A DNA stretch of 53,730 nt from Octopus bimaculoides. Lineage: Eukaryota. The stretch spans positions 20,264,603 to 20,318,332 of the forward strand of contig NC_068985.1 in the NCBI RefSeq assembly GCF_001194135.2, given 5' to 3'. A model generated the notes under the pieces. It did no database searches. It saw nothing but the letters and a program-made list of their open reading frames with translations, and was not told where the DNA came from. Numbering within the stretch: position 1 is the stretch's first letter; every line of letters begins with the position of its first letter. Positions 49,720-53,730 of this stretch are shown in pieces. A program made the translations under genes and the position numbers.

Positions 49720-50464
49720 AACGCTTGTGTTTACAAAGAAAACTTACTGAATAAATAATGATTTTGTATATTCCATTGGAAACTTCAGCTTGTATTATGT
49801 ATGTGTATTTGTATGTATGTATGCATGTATGTATGTTTGCATACATGTGTGCGTATGAATTGTACGAATGTATATACATGCACACCCAAACGTACACACA
49901 CTCTCACACACATGCACAGAGTTTCATGTCACTACAATAGTAATTGACAAGTAATTTTAATGATTAATTGTGAAATGTTTCAGTGTCAAATCAACGTAGC
50001 TGCATTCGGATTTTTCAATGCATAAAATGTTACATTTTATACTCCATAACTATTGAAATATTACTATTGTACTCTGCCGTTAAACACATTAAGTACATTT
50101 TATGATTCACAGGCACCTTGACCTTATAAATAACACTACATATGCATGTATGTATGTACGCAGAAATTCCGGGATGGTATCCGGCGTGCTGAAAGACCAC
50201 TGGGAGTGAGGCGCCCCTCAGCTTTTGTTGAAGCATGTCTGTAGGAAAAGGTCACTCTGATATAAAACTAGATATGCAGGGAATGGCATTGGACATTCTG
50301 GGGATCTTTGGTTTGTGCTACAGATCACAGCGCTCCCACATCCCTGAACCTGCGACTAATATTGGCACCAGACATCTATGAGGTGTTGTGCAAGCCTTAT
50401 TAGACCTAAAACTCTGCACAGGCATTGCCGACCTCTACTCGATATGTGCTTTTTTCCCCCCCAT

Positions 50465-50498
<34 letters not shown>

Positions 50499-51021
50499 TA
50501 TATTTGCTATTTTTTAATTATTATAAATCTTCCATTGAGAAGGGAGCCGGTTTCCAACAAAGATACAAGGCTGTATGTATGTCATTATTCAGTTTATTTC
50601 AAGATTTCTTGTCAATAGAGAAAGAATCGGTTTCATTGGAATTTCAACACCAACAACAGGGTATTTTTCTTTGTATGTATGTATGCGTATGTATGTATGC
50701 ATTCTCATGCATATAGTTGATTAGCTAGATATGCTCATATGTATTTAAATTATAAACTCCAGGAAAGTTTTACAGATTTTTATAGTTCCAATAACGGATT
50801 AGATCCGGCGCGGTAACGATTCTGCCGGCTCGCCGCCTTAAGTGGGGATAAATATTACCTTTGGGTATATATTTATGGATATGTAAGTAATCACATAAAT
50901 GCAAAACAAGGTGGAAAAAATACTGTTCGAATACCATAGGTAGAGTAATATACTATTTATTAAAGCCGTTCATCGGACAATTGCGATGATACTTTTTCGG
51001 CTTAAAGAAATAGTATATATA

Positions 51022-51462
51022 CAGGTCGTCGTCGATTTACGACCATAAGTGGTTCCTACTGATTAGTCATAAGTCGATTTAGTCGTAAGTCGGACTATTG
51101 GCCTACACAGCTTTATTTTATATCTTTACATTCTTAAGGTACACACAGCATTCTGTATTATACTACGACAGTGTTATTTGTTCGGAGTCTCAAGCAGTCG
51201 TCCAATAAACAAATACAAAGTTGCCTCAATGTTTCCGCGACAGGATATTCATCCAACACTTGGGATAAACACAGTGGCGATCGATAATCAAACCTAAGGG
51301 AAGTGTTTGTTAGCTGACGTCATCCATAGAAGGGTTAATTTCTAAGAAATTAAACCCATTAAATTTCAACTGGACTATATATTGCTGCCGGATGCTGGTG
51401 TGCTAATAGTCGTAAAGTGGAGCGGCCGTAAGTCGGATAAGTTGTAAGTCGACAACGAGTCG
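51022..51462. mobile_element. Tigger/pogo-like MITE (441 bp), decayed
   Basis: TA-flanked imperfect TIRs caggtcgtcgtcgatttacgac and gttgtaagtcgacaacgagtcg; several subterminal gtcgtaagtcg-like motifs. Confidence 0.7.
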
Positions 51463-51503
51463 TATATATATATATATTTATATATATATATATATATATA
51501 TAT

Positions 51504-52157
51504 NNNNNNNNNNNNNNNNNNNNNNNNNNNNNNNNNNNNNNNNNNNNNNNNNNNNNNNNNNNNNNNNNNNNNNNNNNNNNNNNNNNNNNNNNNNNNNNNN
51601 NNNNNNNNNNNNNNNNNNNNNNNNNNNNNNNNNNNNNNNNNNNNNNNNNNNNNNNNNNNNNNNNNNNNNNNNNNNNNNNNNNNNNNNNNNNNNNNNNNNN
51701 NNNNNNNNNNNNNNNNNNNNNNNNNNNNNNNNNNNNNNNNNNNNNNNNNNNNNNNNNNNNNNNNNNNNNNNNNNNNNNNNNNNNNNNNNNNNNNNNNNNN
51801 NNNNNNNNNNNNNNNNNNNNNNNNNNNNNNNNNNNNNNNNNNNNNNNNNNNNNNNNNNNNNNNNNNNNNNNNNNNNNNNNNNNNNNNNNNNNNNNNNNNN
51901 NNNNNNNNNNNNNNNNNNNNNNNNNNNNNNNNNNNNNNNNNNNNNNNNNNNNNNNNNNNNNNNNNNNNNNNNNNNNNNNNNNNNNNNNNNNNNNNNNNNN
52001 NNNNNNNNNNNNNNNNNNNNNNNNNNNNNNNNNNNNNNNNNNNNNNNNNNNNNNNNNNNNNNNNNNNNNNNNNNNNNNNNNNNNNNNNNNNNNNNNNNNN
52101 NNNNNNNNNNNNNNNNNNNNNNNNNNNNNNNNNNNNNNNNNNNNNNNNNNNNNNNNN
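51504..52157. other. Assembly gap between (TA)n and (CA)n
   Basis: 654 N. Confidence 1.
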
Positions 52158-52215
<58 letters not shown>

Positions 52216-52610
52216 ACACACACACACACGCACACACACACACGTATGCTTGCTTTTATGCAAACTTTAGTAAGGAACTCAATTGGAAGATAAACAATTC
52301 CATCTCAGAGCGATAATATGGTTCACACATAGACAGAAAGTGTTTCTTTTTATATTTCGGATGGTCTTAAATAATCCGTACTTAAATACGTATACGTTGT
52401 TTCCATACCGTATTATTTTCACATCTCATTTCTTTTAAGTACTTTTCTGTTTTTTTTAAACATAATTATATTATAGCTTAAAATTTGAAATACTTCTTTT
52501 TATATGCTTTTACAAACAAGATATATATAGAACACTGAATATAAGCTGCTTATTCACTCCATAGTTTTGCACTGTTAATGCATACCCAGTATAAATCAGA
52601 CAACTTCTAA

Positions 52611-52613
<3 letters not shown>

Positions 52614-52705
<92 letters not shown>
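52614..52705. repeat. (CTAT)n(CTGT)n microsatellite
   Basis: Direct reading. Confidence 0.95.
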
Positions 52706-52946
52706 ATATAGTTGAAATTTACAGAAAAACAAAAGACGAAGACAGGTGTATAAACAACAAGCAAGTTTGACGTTCGGGAAAATGAAAAAAGTCTTTTACG
52801 TTTCGTGTCTACGCTCTTCAACAGAAACGAATAAGAGAACATAAACGGAGAAAATAAAAAAAAAAACTTGTCGATTTAGCGATCACACACNNNNNNNNNN
52901 NNNNNNNNNNNNNNNNNNNNNNNNNNNNNNNNNNNNNNNNNNNNNN

Positions 52947-52981
<35 letters not shown>

Positions 52982-52984
<3 letters not shown>

Positions 52985-53672
52985 CTTTAGGTCAGTTTTA
53001 ATATGCTTATGTCGTTTTTCAAATTCTGAAGGCAAATTCACTGTAATTACCATGGAGAAAATTTTTTCTCTCATTGTAAAAGGTGTAAAAATATAATATC
53101 TGCAAAGTGTGGCCCTCACTCGGATTATCAGACACATCGTTTCTACCTGTTCAGCCTTCCTCAAAGGAAAATAGCGAAACGAGGTAACTCTGGGCAGATT
53201 TAAAACTGCAGCTTTAACTAAAAGTCAGTCAACAACATTGACTCAGTTGCATTATTGGACCTCCCGGTCGGGATATTTTCGGTGATATCAGCACCAAACA
53301 GTGATTAGGCATAAGCAGACTTTTAGGATAGTTAAGATATATTTGAGACATATTTCAACTGCTAAAGACAAATTTATCATGGAGAAAAAATTCTCTCTTA
53401 TGGTAAAAGGTGTAAAAACACCATATCAGTCCGATGTTGCCCTCTATCGGATACAAACGTGCCCAGAGTTACCTCGCTTCGATATTTCCAAGTGAGAAAG
53501 GCTAAAGAGCCAGAAACACTACATCTGGGAATCTGATAAAGGACAGCACTGGGCAGATAGGGTGTTTTGACACTATCATAAAAGAGGATTTTTTTTCTCC
53601 ACGGTAGCTGCGTTGACTTTGCCTTTGTAAGCTGAAATATGCCACAAACATATTTTAAGCAATCTGAAGTTC
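52982..53672. repeat. Three diverged copies of a ~210-bp unit (+, + truncated, -)
   Basis: catggagaaaa...gtaaaaggtgtaaaaa at 53051 and 53378; gaggtaactctgggca (53181-53196) is the exact reverse complement of tgcccagagttacctc (53460-53475). Confidence 0.85.
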
Positions 53673-53730
53673 ACGTATGCCTAATCACTGCTTGACGCTG
53701 ATACAGCTGAATGTGTGTGTGTATGTGTGT

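Noticed and set aside
50150-50450. LDILGSLVCATDHS peptide resembling the RTE YLGS region
   Set aside because: Similarity too weak to support a call
3838-53164. ORFs containing long X runs
   Set aside because: Produced by N-gaps

Overview
AT-rich, repeat-dominated eukaryotic draft sequence with 11 N-gaps, most of them abutting microsatellites. The SINE and microsatellite landscape suggests a coleoid cephalopod, probably Octopus (inference from recalled repeat families, not searched). I found no intact host protein-coding gene. Nearly all supplied ORFs are artefacts of microsatellites, gaps or repeats. Content: about 35 copies or fragments of tRNA-derived SINEs (labelled A, B and C/D here); at least four pieces of R4/Dong-clade non-LTR retrotransposons, two beside (TAA)n; RTE- and HERO-like LINE remnants; a full-length dead mariner; hAT and Tigger-like MITEs; and a Helentron/DINE-like element. 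Most notable unexplained structures: a ~175-bp inverted-repeat pair at 35.3-36.5 kb with codon-sized indels, readable as an ORF only if TGA=Trp; a 34-bp fold-back hairpin with a clean template-switch signature at 18.8 kb; a TAA-bounded 556-bp unit fused to a Dong-like element at 43.3-45.0 kb; a three-copy direct/inverted array at 53.0-53.7 kb; and head/tail swapping among SINEs. All alignments and translations were done by eye, so boundaries of decayed elements are approximate.
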